This document shows positions 9,530 through 18,391 of a stretch of 64,000 bases of DNA, in pieces. The stretch is from a virus: the IMG/VR virus record IMGVR_UViG_3300026189_001009, positions 59,632-123,631 of that record; one strand, written 5' to 3'. Under the pieces are notes generated by a model. It saw nothing but the letters and a program-made list of their open reading frames with translations. It made no database searches and was not told the DNA's origin. The translations under genes were made by a program, and so were the position numbers. Each line of letters starts with the position of its first letter. The first letter of the stretch is position 1.

Positions 9530-10513
9530 ATGAGAGTAACTAATGAAAATCTTGACTGTGCTATAGTTTCATTCTATATACACAATGTTTGTAATTACAG
9601 TTGCAGTTATTGTGCTTCTCATCATTATGATGGCTCACATCGATGGCCCACAACTTGGAAACCTTATACAGATTTTTTAACTGAAGTTAGGAAACGAAAC
9701 AAATATGTCTTTATTGAAATATTTGGCGGTGAACCAACACTATGGCCACAGTTTCAAGACTTCATAGATACTGTCAGTGACGACAATACCTTTATTGAAA
9801 TATCAACAAATGCTTCACGTACTTTAAAGTATTGGGAAAAATTTAAGAGTAATAGATGTTTTATGATGTTGAGTTGGCATCATGAGTTTGCTGACGATGA
9901 TCATTTTTTTGAAGTAGCTAATATATTACAACACAAGGCTTCAGTTCACGTACCATTAATGGTAGTGCCTGAAAATTTTGAAAGAGCGAAAAGACTTTAT
10001 GAACGATTTGAAAAAAGTAATTTTAAAATTGATTGCCAACCGAAGTTTACTAGGTTAAGTATTGGTGGCAGTGAATACTTTCCTTACACAACAGAACAAA
10101 GGGAATGGATAAACTCTGTAGGATTCTATAGAAGAAAGCCATGGAGTATTGATTGGAAGTTTCCACATCATCTTTTGTATGACAATAAATTAGTTTATTG
10201 GTCAGATATAGCTAAACACGACCTACACAAATTTAAAGGGTGGACGTGTAATGCAGGAGTCAATCGTTTCTTTGTTGAACCAGATGGTAACATACAACGA
10301 TGCAGTAAAAATGTTGGAGGTTCTCTTGGAAACATTTTTAAAGAATACAAACTGCCAGAAAATCCAATTGTATGTACTGTAGGATCTTGTCCTTGTAAGG
10401 TAGATGCTATTGTAGAAAAATGGCAAGACGATATTAAAATTGATAAGAATATTAAGAACTTTTTTAATAACACCTATGATACTATTGATGAATATAAATT
10501 CTTGACAAAGTAA
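9530..10513 (+). CDS. Radical SAM protein with SPASM/twitch-like C-terminus
   Basis: CNYSCSYC, GGEP, C..G..RFFVEPDG.I..C. Confidence 0.85.
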   Translation: MRVTNENLDCAIVSFYIHNVCNYSCSYCASHHYDGSHRWPTTWKPYTDFLTEVRKRNKYVFIEIFGGEPTLWPQFQDFIDTVSDDNTFIEISTNASRTLKYWEKFKSNRCFMMLSWHHEFADDDHFFEVANILQHKASVHVPLMVVPENFERAKRLYERFEKSNFKIDCQPKFTRLSIGGSEYFPYTTEQREWINSVGFYRRKPWSIDWKFPHHLLYDNKLVYWSDIAKHDLHKFKGWTCNAGVNRFFVEPDGNIQRCSKNVGGSLGNIFKEYKLPENPIVCTVGSCPCKVDAIVEKWQDDIKIDKNIKNFFNNTYDTIDEYKFLTK

Positions 10514-10530
10514 TGTCAATTTAGTATTAT
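10502..10530 (+). promoter_or_regulatory. Sigma70-type promoter for the tRNA pair
   Basis: TTGACA-N17-TATTAT. Confidence 0.7.
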
Positions 10531-10552
10531 AATAAGTACTATAAGGAATTAG

Positions 10553-10628
10553 GCTGGTGTAGCTCAGTTGGTAGAGCAACTGATTTGTAATCAGTAGGTC
10601 CGCGGTTCGAGTCCGTGCTCCAGCACCA
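10553..10628 (+). tRNA. tRNA-Thr(UGU)
   Basis: Cloverleaf, anticodon loop TTTGTAA, GTTCGA, encoded CCA; one U-U mismatch in acceptor stem. Confidence 0.95.
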
Positions 10629-10631
10629 CAT

Positions 10632-10707
10632 TCCTCGGTAGCTCAGTTGGTAGAGCAGTTGACTGTTAATCAATTGGTCGCAGGTTCGAGTCCTGCCCGA
10701 GGAGCCA
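10632..10707 (+). tRNA. tRNA-Asn(GUU)
   Basis: TCCTCGG/CCGAGGA acceptor stem, CTGTTAA loop, CCA. Confidence 0.95.
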
Positions 10708-10729
10708 CGTAATAAAGAAAAAGAAAAAT

Positions 10730-11179
10730 ATGAGTAACACTTTAAATATATTATATGCGAGTATGTGGGGCAATGCAGAAGACCTTGCGTATGAGCTAAA
10801 AGAAATTGCCGAAAATAAGCAATACAAAGTAAACATCAATGAACTCGACGATATATCTATGGAGCAACTAAAAGATATGAAACGAGTAGCTATTATTACA
10901 TCAACAACAGGCCATGGTGATATGCCAAAGAACGGTGAAGAATTTTGGGAATCATTATCCACAAGTAAAGAATTAGACCTTTCAAATGTTCAATACAGTG
11001 TATTAGCATTAGGTGACTCCAGTCATGAACTGTTTTGTAATGCAGGTAGACAAGTTGACGAACAAATGGTAAGACTTGGTGCTAGAAGAATACTTGACAG
11101 AACTGAATGTGATGGAGATACAACAGGCTTTGATGAATGGTCAAGTAAATTATTACAATCAAATACATTTCAAGATTAA
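10730..11179 (+). CDS. Flavodoxin (MioC/CysJ N-domain type)
   Basis: YASMWGNAE, TSTTGHGDMP, ALGDS. Confidence 0.85.
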   Translation: MSNTLNILYASMWGNAEDLAYELKEIAENKQYKVNINELDDISMEQLKDMKRVAIITSTTGHGDMPKNGEEFWESLSTSKELDLSNVQYSVLALGDSSHELFCNAGRQVDEQMVRLGARRILDRTECDGDTTGFDEWSSKLLQSNTFQD

Positions 11180-11209
11180 TACAAATCACGTCTGTTAAAT
11201 AATAACAGT

Positions 11210-11959
11210 ATGACAGTAAACACTTTCAGCATATTTGGAGTGCAAAGATCCGGCACTAATTTTTGTGAGACACTCATTAATAATAATTTTGAAGATATAT
11301 CAGATTTTAAGTATGTCTGGAAACATACTCCTGATGTTCACGAAGTGCAAAAAGTGTATGATAGATTAGATATGAAAAATCATCTTCATATGGTAGTTGT
11401 AAAAAATCCGTATAAATGGGTAGAGAGTATAAAAAGAAATCCAGTTGATATAGCTGTTACAATCAAAGGAATGAAAGAAGTAAGTTCTTTGTCCAAAGCT
11501 GAAATTTTAAACTGTGATACTGAATTTCAATGGAGTGAGAAAAATTTACTAAGACCCAAGGAATGGTTTGTAAAAGATTTATCAATTCCACAGTTAATAC
11601 ATCTTTACAATAACTTTTACAGGAATTGGTTAGCAATGAAAAGCAAAATGAAATACTGGGGAATAGTGAGATATGAAGCATTGTTAAGCATAGAAAATTC
11701 AAGTAGCTTTTTAGGTAATATGTCTCATGCGTTTAAGTTAACGCCTAAGTTAGAAGATGATTGGAAGTATCCATTGAAAGTACATATGAGCCCATCATGG
11801 GAAAATGTTAGAGCAGAAAAAACAAAAGACTACATTGATCAGCATATAATTAAGACACTGACAGATGATCAGATACAAATTATACATGACAATTTAGATA
11901 TCAAACTTATAGAAAAGTTAGGATATCAAACAATAAAGCCAAAAAGTATACTAAATTAG
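11210..11959 (+). CDS. Sulfotransferase-family protein
   Basis: QRSGTN 5'-PSB-like loop, KNPYKW..S, VRYE. Confidence 0.65.
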   Translation: MTVNTFSIFGVQRSGTNFCETLINNNFEDISDFKYVWKHTPDVHEVQKVYDRLDMKNHLHMVVVKNPYKWVESIKRNPVDIAVTIKGMKEVSSLSKAEILNCDTEFQWSEKNLLRPKEWFVKDLSIPQLIHLYNNFYRNWLAMKSKMKYWGIVRYEALLSIENSSSFLGNMSHAFKLTPKLEDDWKYPLKVHMSPSWENVRAEKTKDYIDQHIIKTLTDDQIQIIHDNLDIKLIEKLGYQTIKPKSILN

Positions 11960-11998
11960 CCACTTGACAGATCCTGTTTGTTAGTATACTATATTACT

Positions 11999-12232
11999 AT
12001 GAGTGAATTTACACAAGGTATTTGGAATGCCATCAAAGATAAAATGGACGAAAGTCTATTACTGGCCATTATATTTTTTATAGGACACATTATAATTGCA
12101 ATGATAGTAGTAAGTGCTATCACAGGTGCAAGTATCTGGGAAGCCGGTGTAGTTGCGATTGTAGAACCTGCTATAAACTCTTTATGGTTTTACGTATTGC
12201 ATAAGATATGGCGTAAAGTTAAAGACTCATAA
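11999..12232 (+). CDS. Small membrane protein (DUF2061-like)
   Basis: Two hydrophobic segments, VEP...WFYVLH; ATG 11999 follows TTGACA-N17-TACTAT (11964-11992). Confidence 0.6.
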   Translation: MSEFTQGIWNAIKDKMDESLLLAIIFFIGHIIIAMIVVSAITGASIWEAGVVAIVEPAINSLWFYVLHKIWRKVKDS

Positions 12233-12689
12233 GGTACATCACAAAGCCTATGAGAATGGATACTCCTACGGCCAAGCACAATATTACAGTAAAACATTCA
12301 ATTATATTTCTTTTTATTTCTTTTATTCTATAAACTTCTCTATCTCGCTGAGCTTTTATTTTTCTACGCATTTCTATCATTTCACTCCACGTATTTGGTC
12401 CATATCGAAAATTAAGTAATACTCTTAAATCTTTTTCCATTTCTTGTATCTTTTTTTCATGCATAAGCAAAGATAGTGCTTCTTCTTCTATACTTCCTCC
12501 AGCAAATACTTTTTTAAAGAGTGGCGGCTTACTATTGTATTCTCTTGCTTTCCTGATATCAGAAACAGCAGAATACCATTTACCGAGTTGACCTGTAACA
12601 TTTTCTAAGTCCTGTCCTACAGAAACTGCTCGTTGTATAGTTTTAAATGTTGCTGTTGCCACACCTATGGCTGTGATTGGATCTAACAA
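12219..12689 (-). CDS. Hypothetical coiled-coil protein with C-terminal TM
   Basis: Only convincing minus-strand gene; fills a gap, GAGG SD, minus-strand TAAATA at 12724-12729. Confidence 0.7.
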   Translation of the reverse strand: MLDPITAIGVATATFKTIQRAVSVGQDLENVTGQLGKWYSAVSDIRKAREYNSKPPLFKKVFAGGSIEEEALSLLMHEKKIQEMEKDLRVLLNFRYGPNTWSEMIEMRRKIKAQRDREVYRIKEIKRNIIECFTVILCLAVGVSILIGFVMYLMSL

Positions 12690-12731
12690 ATTCTCTGTCC
12701 TCTGATGAAATATAATATACTACTATTTAAA

Positions 12732-12760
12732 TTGACAACGTGTCAGTAAAAATGTATTAT
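12732..12760 (+). promoter_or_regulatory. Sigma70-type promoter for tRNA-Ala
   Basis: TTGACA-N17-TATTAT. Confidence 0.7.
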
Positions 12761-12787
12761 ATTAAATATAAAGACTTTTTCTCATGT

Positions 12788-12863
12788 GGGGGATTAGCTC
12801 AGCCGGGAGAGCGCCTGATTTGCATTCAGGAGGTCAGCGGTTCGATCCCGCTATCCTCCACCA
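12788..12863 (+). tRNA. tRNA-Ala(UGC)
   Basis: G3-U70 wobble, TTTGCAT loop, CCA. Confidence 0.95.
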
Positions 12864-12878
12864 CAAATAAATATCAAT

Positions 12879-13838
12879 ATGTTTAAAGGAAAATACAATC
12901 AAAGTCTGAGTCATCGTATGATGATAGGTGATACGTACAGAACATTGTCCTATCATAGAGCAATCAACCAACAGGTTAAACCCAACGACATAGTAGTTGA
13001 CTTTGGTACAGGCAGTGGTATACTAGCACTAATGGCTCTTAGAGCAGGTGCTAAATTTGTTTACTGTGTTGAAAGAAAACAAGAAGCAAGAAAACTTGCT
13101 GAAATAATTTTAACAAAAAACGGATATACCAACTTTAAGATATTTGTCAATCAATATGAGTTGATGGAAAATGTTAAAAGTGTAGATGTAGTTATCAGCG
13201 AATCAGTCGGTGACCATCTGATTGAAAATATGAGCATGAGAATATTTTTAGACTTATGCAATCACTACAAACCAAGAACAACAATACCTGTACAACTCAG
13301 TTTGCACATCTACCCAGAAATAGCCACAAGAGCTAACGCAGGGCTGGAAGCTGTTGAAGACACTGTAGATATTGATTTAAGTCCTATCAAAGATGCAGTA
13401 CTAACAAATCCTTTGTTAGACACAGCTTACTTTGAAGGCAACAAAAATATAGACGACTATTGGCAAATAGAAAAATTCAATGAGCAACCAGATGCTGGAC
13501 AAACAATAATTGATTACACAGTGTTTCCATTGAGTTTCAAAACTAATAAATTTACCGATGATGGGTATGTTAAATTTGAAACACAAGTAAATACAAAAGG
13601 TTTATCGGAGTATGGAGTGTTACTATACTGGATAGCTAAACTAACAGATGACATAGCAATTACTAATCATCCTAGTAGACAAGCTAACATGAATCATAGT
13701 TACTATCAAAGGATAATAAACATACATAATCCTGATAAAGAAAAGATTAACACTATACAAATAATATTGGATACAGATTTTGATGATGAAGTAAATGAGG
13801 ATTTACCATGCCAGAATTTAAAAATAAAAGTAAAATAA
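12879..13838 (+). CDS. Protein arginine methyltransferase (PRMT)-like enzyme
   Basis: HRMMIGD..R...Y..AI, VVDFGTGSGILA, VDVVISE.....LIE double-E loop; TAAATA 12868-12873. Confidence 0.75.
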   Translation: MFKGKYNQSLSHRMMIGDTYRTLSYHRAINQQVKPNDIVVDFGTGSGILALMALRAGAKFVYCVERKQEARKLAEIILTKNGYTNFKIFVNQYELMENVKSVDVVISESVGDHLIENMSMRIFLDLCNHYKPRTTIPVQLSLHIYPEIATRANAGLEAVEDTVDIDLSPIKDAVLTNPLLDTAYFEGNKNIDDYWQIEKFNEQPDAGQTIIDYTVFPLSFKTNKFTDDGYVKFETQVNTKGLSEYGVLLYWIAKLTDDIAITNHPSRQANMNHSYYQRIINIHNPDKEKINTIQIILDTDFDDEVNEDLPCQNLKIKVK

Positions 13839-14797
13839 ACGCCTACTCAGAAAACATAATACCAACCACCGCTGTTGACGATTTTCTTGATAAAAACACA
13901 GTTGATAGAATACTAACTTACTACAATGACATAGACAACGTATTGTCTGAAATTATGCGTACTCCAGTTAGAATATCTGAATTGGACTTTTATCCACCAT
14001 CAGATGAATTAGACTTGCAGTTCATGAGATACGATAATGTGTATGATGAATTCAAGCCCCAGAGTTGGGAATACAAAGAAGCAATGAGTAAAGTAGACAA
14101 AACCGTAATGGAAGAATTACCAGAAATAATAATGTCAGGATTAGAAAAATTAGGATTTAAGCATTTAAAATTTAGACAGATGGCTTTGCATAACCTAGAC
14201 AGTTTTCTACCTGTACACTGTGATGGCAACAACATCAAAGACAGAAACAAAGGAAGACCAATTCCTACACAACGATCTGACTGGATGCCTCAAAAAATAT
14301 TAGACAATCCACAAAAATCTGTTTGTGCTTTCCAAGGCATGATCACGTTGCACACCGATGACGTTTATGGCACAGCAGTTTTTGATCAGTGGTTTCCATG
14401 GAGTGTTTATTATATGCCTAACTTTACAACAGCTACAACACCTAGGCCTAAAAAAAATAGAATGGCTTTCCTACAGGGCGACAGCACAGAAAGATTTGAC
14501 GAACACATTAGAAATCATACTGGACAGAAGTTTCCTGAAGAACAGTTTAAGCAAATGCAAGATCTAATCAAACGCATGAAAGTAACTGAAGCAGAAGGTC
14601 ATATGCCGTTGTTAGAACAGCTCAAGATAGAAGGGTTTGAAGGACTGAGCTTAGAAACAATTGCAGACTTCGGCGATCCTGGAAAATTAAACCTGTGGGA
14701 CAATAAAAAATTTCATATGACAATGCCATGGATTCCTAGATATGAAACCAGCAGAAAGCTCATACAGTTCGAAACAGCATATAAATGGTACGAATAA
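13808..14797 (+). CDS. Putative 2OG-Fe(II) oxygenase-like protein
   Basis: LPVHCD, distal FH, RKLIQF. Confidence 0.5.
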   Translation: MPEFKNKSKINAYSENIIPTTAVDDFLDKNTVDRILTYYNDIDNVLSEIMRTPVRISELDFYPPSDELDLQFMRYDNVYDEFKPQSWEYKEAMSKVDKTVMEELPEIIMSGLEKLGFKHLKFRQMALHNLDSFLPVHCDGNNIKDRNKGRPIPTQRSDWMPQKILDNPQKSVCAFQGMITLHTDDVYGTAVFDQWFPWSVYYMPNFTTATTPRPKKNRMAFLQGDSTERFDEHIRNHTGQKFPEEQFKQMQDLIKRMKVTEAEGHMPLLEQLKIEGFEGLSLETIADFGDPGKLNLWDNKKFHMTMPWIPRYETSRKLIQFETAYKWYE

Positions 14798-14891
14798 GCT
14801 CGTCCTAGTTGCAGTTAAGACTTATTATTAATAAATGCAGTTTTAATTTCATTAACCAATGTTTTAAATAAACATAAGGACAAGCCAACAT

Positions 14892-15797
14892 ATGATGAAT
14901 ATAAAAACTAATATTACAAAACACTTCTCGCAATTTGGTGTGGTGTTCTTCTGTTTGTTTATGTTTGCGACTATGGCACTTACTACTAGTATCTACGCAG
15001 ATGTAACAAACTCAGGAGCAACTACAAATACACAGACAAACCAATCAGGATCAAATACTACTATTTCAGGTGGTTATGCATCTGAGAGTACAACTACATA
15101 CCAGTCAGGATCGTCAAGCAACACGACAGCAACCACAACATCAACTACAAATAATAATTCAACAATACCAGTCCCCTCCGCAGGTGCTCCTTCAATGAGT
15201 GCTTATTCACAAGATGTTTGTGCAGTTGGTAGATCAGGTGGACTACAATTACCAGGCGTAGGTCTATCAGGTGGTAGTACAGCAAGAGATATGAACTGTG
15301 AAAGAATGAAACTGTCAAAACTTTTAAACGATTATGGTATGAAGGTAGCCGCAGTTGCAATTCTTTGTCAAGATCAACGTGTGTTTGAGGCCATGGAACA
15401 GGCCGGAACACCTTGTCCTTTCGAAGGTAAAATTGGTAAAGACGCTAAAGCACAATGGAGCAAGTATGACATTGAAAGACCAGACTACGACAAGTATGTT
15501 GAAAAAATGGAAGAGCGTTTAGAGATTGATGAGCGTATTATGAAAGAAGAAGGCATACTTGAAGAAAATGAAACTTTGAAAACTAACATCAAAGACGTTG
15601 CCAAAGAAAATAAAAACCTTGAAAAAGAAATTAAAAAGCTACAAGAAATGCAAATTGAACTGTTAAAGAAAACAGAAGAAGAAATTAGCAAAGTAGAAAC
15701 TGTAACAACTGAACCAGTTGTTATCGAAGAGTTACCACCTTTACATCATGAAAAGGACGGTCTGGAGGTAACTGATGGAAAAAAGTCCCAGGAATAA
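14892..15797 (+). CDS. Secreted protein with T/S-rich linker, Cys-rich core and coiled coil; candidate -1 frameshift extension to 15859
   Basis: Signal peptide (IYA-D), 4 Cys; TAAATA at 14865-14870. Confidence 0.75.
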   Translation: MMNIKTNITKHFSQFGVVFFCLFMFATMALTTSIYADVTNSGATTNTQTNQSGSNTTISGGYASESTTTYQSGSSSNTTATTTSTTNNNSTIPVPSAGAPSMSAYSQDVCAVGRSGGLQLPGVGLSGGSTARDMNCERMKLSKLLNDYGMKVAAVAILCQDQRVFEAMEQAGTPCPFEGKIGKDAKAQWSKYDIERPDYDKYVEKMEERLEIDERIMKEEGILEENETLKTNIKDVAKENKNLEKEIKKLQEMQIELLKKTEEEISKVETVTTEPVVIEELPPLHHEKDGLEVTDGKKSQE

Positions 15798-15859
15798 TAA
15801 AATACACTAGACCCCTCCTTATGATTGCGGGTCTTCTCTTATTTGGAATAGGAATGTAA
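15764..15859 (+). other. Candidate programmed -1 frameshift cassette
   Basis: GGAGG 15764-15768, 10-nt spacer, in-frame A_AAA_AAG 15779-15785; -1 frame VPGIIKYTRPLLMIAGLLLFGIGM*. Confidence 0.65.
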
Positions 15860-15862
15860 TTT

Positions 15863-17872
15863 ATGTTATCTAAACATATAGTTCGTTCGTTCTTATTTGC
15901 ATTGGCATTAACAGCCACAACAGCATTTATACAAAACACAGACGTTTATGCAAATCCTACATCAGTAACAACCTGTACAGAGAACGCACTTGGCGATCAA
16001 ACTTGTACAACAGTAACTACCACAACCACGACTACCAACACCCCAGGAACAACTACAGGAAACGTTTTATCTAATTCAACATTTGGAACAGGCACAGATC
16101 CTAATGAAACAACCACTACGACTGGTTGGAGCGGTGATGGGCATTTACATACTCACCAAATGTTTGGCCAAAACATGGGTAATCCACAAAGTGGACAAGA
16201 CATCACAGGTGGTGTTTATGCTTTTGAAGGTGACCCGTCAGATAACGTTTATCAAGATACAGATTTAGTAGGTGACGGACATTTAACAAAGTCACAAATA
16301 AATGAGGGATTTACTTCCACTCAATCAGCAGACATATGGTTTTGGAATAGTCTTAAAAATACTTTAACAATAAAACAGACTATCACGGACAGTGATGGCA
16401 ACGTAACAACTCAAACAAGAGTTATTGTGGACCACGATCCAACTAGAAGCATGAACGGTGGTTCATGGAGCAACGAAACAAATGTGTACACACACTCATC
16501 AAACACAGCCGATGATATCACAATCAGAGCTGAAATGTATAATGAAACAGATGGGACTAGGTATGATCACAGTCACTATGGACCAGATGTTGATAACTTT
16601 GAGTTATCTATTACCACAGCAGGCGGCACTAGCACTAGTTCAAGTTCAACATCATCAACAGTGGTGACTCTTTGTGCAGATAGAAATCCGCCAACGTGTA
16701 CAACAGCTAGTGATGATATTGATGAAGCCACACAACCAATCACAGGTGATGACGGACAATCAATTGATCAGTCAATCGAAACCATAATTGAAAATGAAGT
16801 TATTGATGTTGATGTAAATCCTGTAGTTGAACAAGAAATTTATGTTGTACAAACAGTAATAGAAGTTGAAGATGATTTTGGTGTAACTGAAGAGCTTACC
16901 ATACAAGAATTTGTTCAAGACACATTCACAGATATGTTAGAAGAAAATGGATTAGAAGAAGAATTTCAAGATGCATTAGGTGAAGAAGGTATCACAGAAG
17001 AAGAATTTTTTGAAGAACTTGCAAACGAGATGGAAAACGAATTTGCAGAAAGTGGTATGGAAAGTTTCACTGATACAAATACAGATGCTTTACCGCCAAT
17101 AGAAGAAGATACAGCAGTAGAAGAACCAACAGAAAATACAGAAGTTGAAACAGAAACAGTAGTAGAAGAAACACCTACAGAATCAGAAACAGTAAATACC
17201 AGTGATGAAGCAGTAGAGTCAGAAACAGAAACAACTGAAACAAATACTGAACCAGAAAGTACAGAAAGTGAAACAGATACATCTAGTGAAACATCAGAAG
17301 CTGGTAACGAAGAGACAACTACCGAAACCCAAAGCCAAGAGGGTGACACCGAGTCTGAGGAAACAACATCAGAGAGCTCTACTGAACAAGAAGAGTCCAG
17401 TGGTAATGTGGAGGAGTCAGTGGAGGACGGTGAATCGAACACCGGCGATGAAGAAGCAGGAAATACAGACGCGAGTGTTGACGGAGAAGTAGATTCAGAA
17501 GTTGGTGAAATTACTAAAAAAGTTGAAAAGATTATTAAAAAATTAACAGCAAAATTAAAAAATCTTGATCAAAAATTAAAAGTCATATCAATGGTAACTC
17601 AACAAGCAATGATAAATGATCAACCAGATATGTCAGAATATACACAAACACAGTTTTATGACACAAGAACAATACCAGATAATCCAGACTGGTATGCAGA
17701 AGATACTATATTAAATGCTTATAGTAGATCCATTTACCAAGATAAAACATTAGTAGCTTACCAAAGGAATGATCCTATGTTTAAGTATAATGAAGCGGTA
17801 AATAAAGTAAACAACACAATCAGCCGATTAGAGGCTGAACTTGAGGTATTAAAAAATGAAAATAATAGATAA
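15863..17872 (+). CDS. Large secreted acidic protein
   Basis: Signal peptide, beta-rich domain, long E/T/S linker, C-terminal coiled coil. Confidence 0.75.
   Translation: MLSKHIVRSFLFALALTATTAFIQNTDVYANPTSVTTCTENALGDQTCTTVTTTTTTTNTPGTTTGNVLSNSTFGTGTDPNETTTTTGWSGDGHLHTHQMFGQNMGNPQSGQDITGGVYAFEGDPSDNVYQDTDLVGDGHLTKSQINEGFTSTQSADIWFWNSLKNTLTIKQTITDSDGNVTTQTRVIVDHDPTRSMNGGSWSNETNVYTHSSNTADDITIRAEMYNETDGTRYDHSHYGPDVDNFELSITTAGGTSTSSSSTSSTVVTLCADRNPPTCTTASDDIDEATQPITGDDGQSIDQSIETIIENEVIDVDVNPVVEQEIYVVQTVIEVEDDFGVTEELTIQEFVQDTFTDMLEENGLEEEFQDALGEEGITEEEFFEELANEMENEFAESGMESFTDTNTDALPPIEEDTAVEEPTENTEVETETVVEETPTESETVNTSDEAVESETETTETNTEPESTESETDTSSETSEAGNEETTTETQSQEGDTESEETTSESSTEQEESSGNVEESVEDGESNTGDEEAGNTDASVDGEVDSEVGEITKKVEKIIKKLTAKLKNLDQKLKVISMVTQQAMINDQPDMSEYTQTQFYDTRTIPDNPDWYAEDTILNAYSRSIYQDKTLVAYQRNDPMFKYNEAVNKVNNTISRLEAELEVLKNENNR
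17040..17510 (+). repeat. Low-complexity Glu/Thr/Ser coding tract
   Basis: Repeated GAA-ACA units (ETETTETNTE...); bounds approximate. Confidence 0.65.
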
Positions 17873-18251
17873 ACTTACAACTTATGCATCTTTAATTGGC
17901 GTGATAGGCGCTATTGGTGGAGGCTTCTATGCTTGGGGTGAGTTCAACACAAGATTATCAGCAATTGAAAACAAAGACTTTGTTGTTAATGAAACAGTTG
18001 ATCTTACTGGTGTAAACGATAAAATCGCAAATATCAGAGTAGAAGTAATTGATAGAATCAAAATAATTGAAGATAAAATGAGTTCAGAATCAGATCAAGG
18101 TATAAATGAACTTTGGGCAGACGTAGAAGAACTATGGGCAGAAATGGCTGAAGCACAAAAAGATATCGCGATCGTAGAAAAAGAAAACGAACTACAAGAC
18201 TCTAAAATTGAAGCAATAAGATTAAAAGCTACTAATCCACTTGCAAACTAA
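17856..18251 (+). CDS. Membrane-anchored coiled-coil protein
   Basis: N-terminal TM (LIGVIGAIGGGFYAW), heptads, NPLAN end. Confidence 0.7.
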   Translation: MKIIDKLTTYASLIGVIGAIGGGFYAWGEFNTRLSAIENKDFVVNETVDLTGVNDKIANIRVEVIDRIKIIEDKMSSESDQGINELWADVEELWAEMAEAQKDIAIVEKENELQDSKIEAIRLKATNPLAN

Positions 18252-18298
18252 TTTGTTGCTTGACTAATATTACTATATGTTATAGTATTAGATATTAG

Positions 18299-18373
18299 GC
18301 GGGTGTAGCTCAGTGGTAGAGCGTCTCGTTGCCAACGAGAAGGTCATGGGTTCGAACCCCATTACCCGCTCCA
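18299..18373 (+). tRNA. tRNA-Gly(GCC)
   Basis: GCGGGTG/TACCCGC stem, TTGCCAA loop, U73, CCA. Confidence 0.95.
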
Positions 18374-18391
18374 ATAATAAGAAAGAATAAA

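Noticed and set aside
16966-17442. Ser/Val-rich minus-strand ORF
   Set aside because: Antisense mirror of the Glu/Thr low-complexity tract
18329-18391. Track start of the methyltransferase ORF
   Set aside because: Lies inside tRNA-Gly; ATG 18392 is the plausible start
10629-18391. Theta-type ribozymes directly downstream of tRNAs
   Set aside because: The 3' trailers are short and A-rich with no pairing potential
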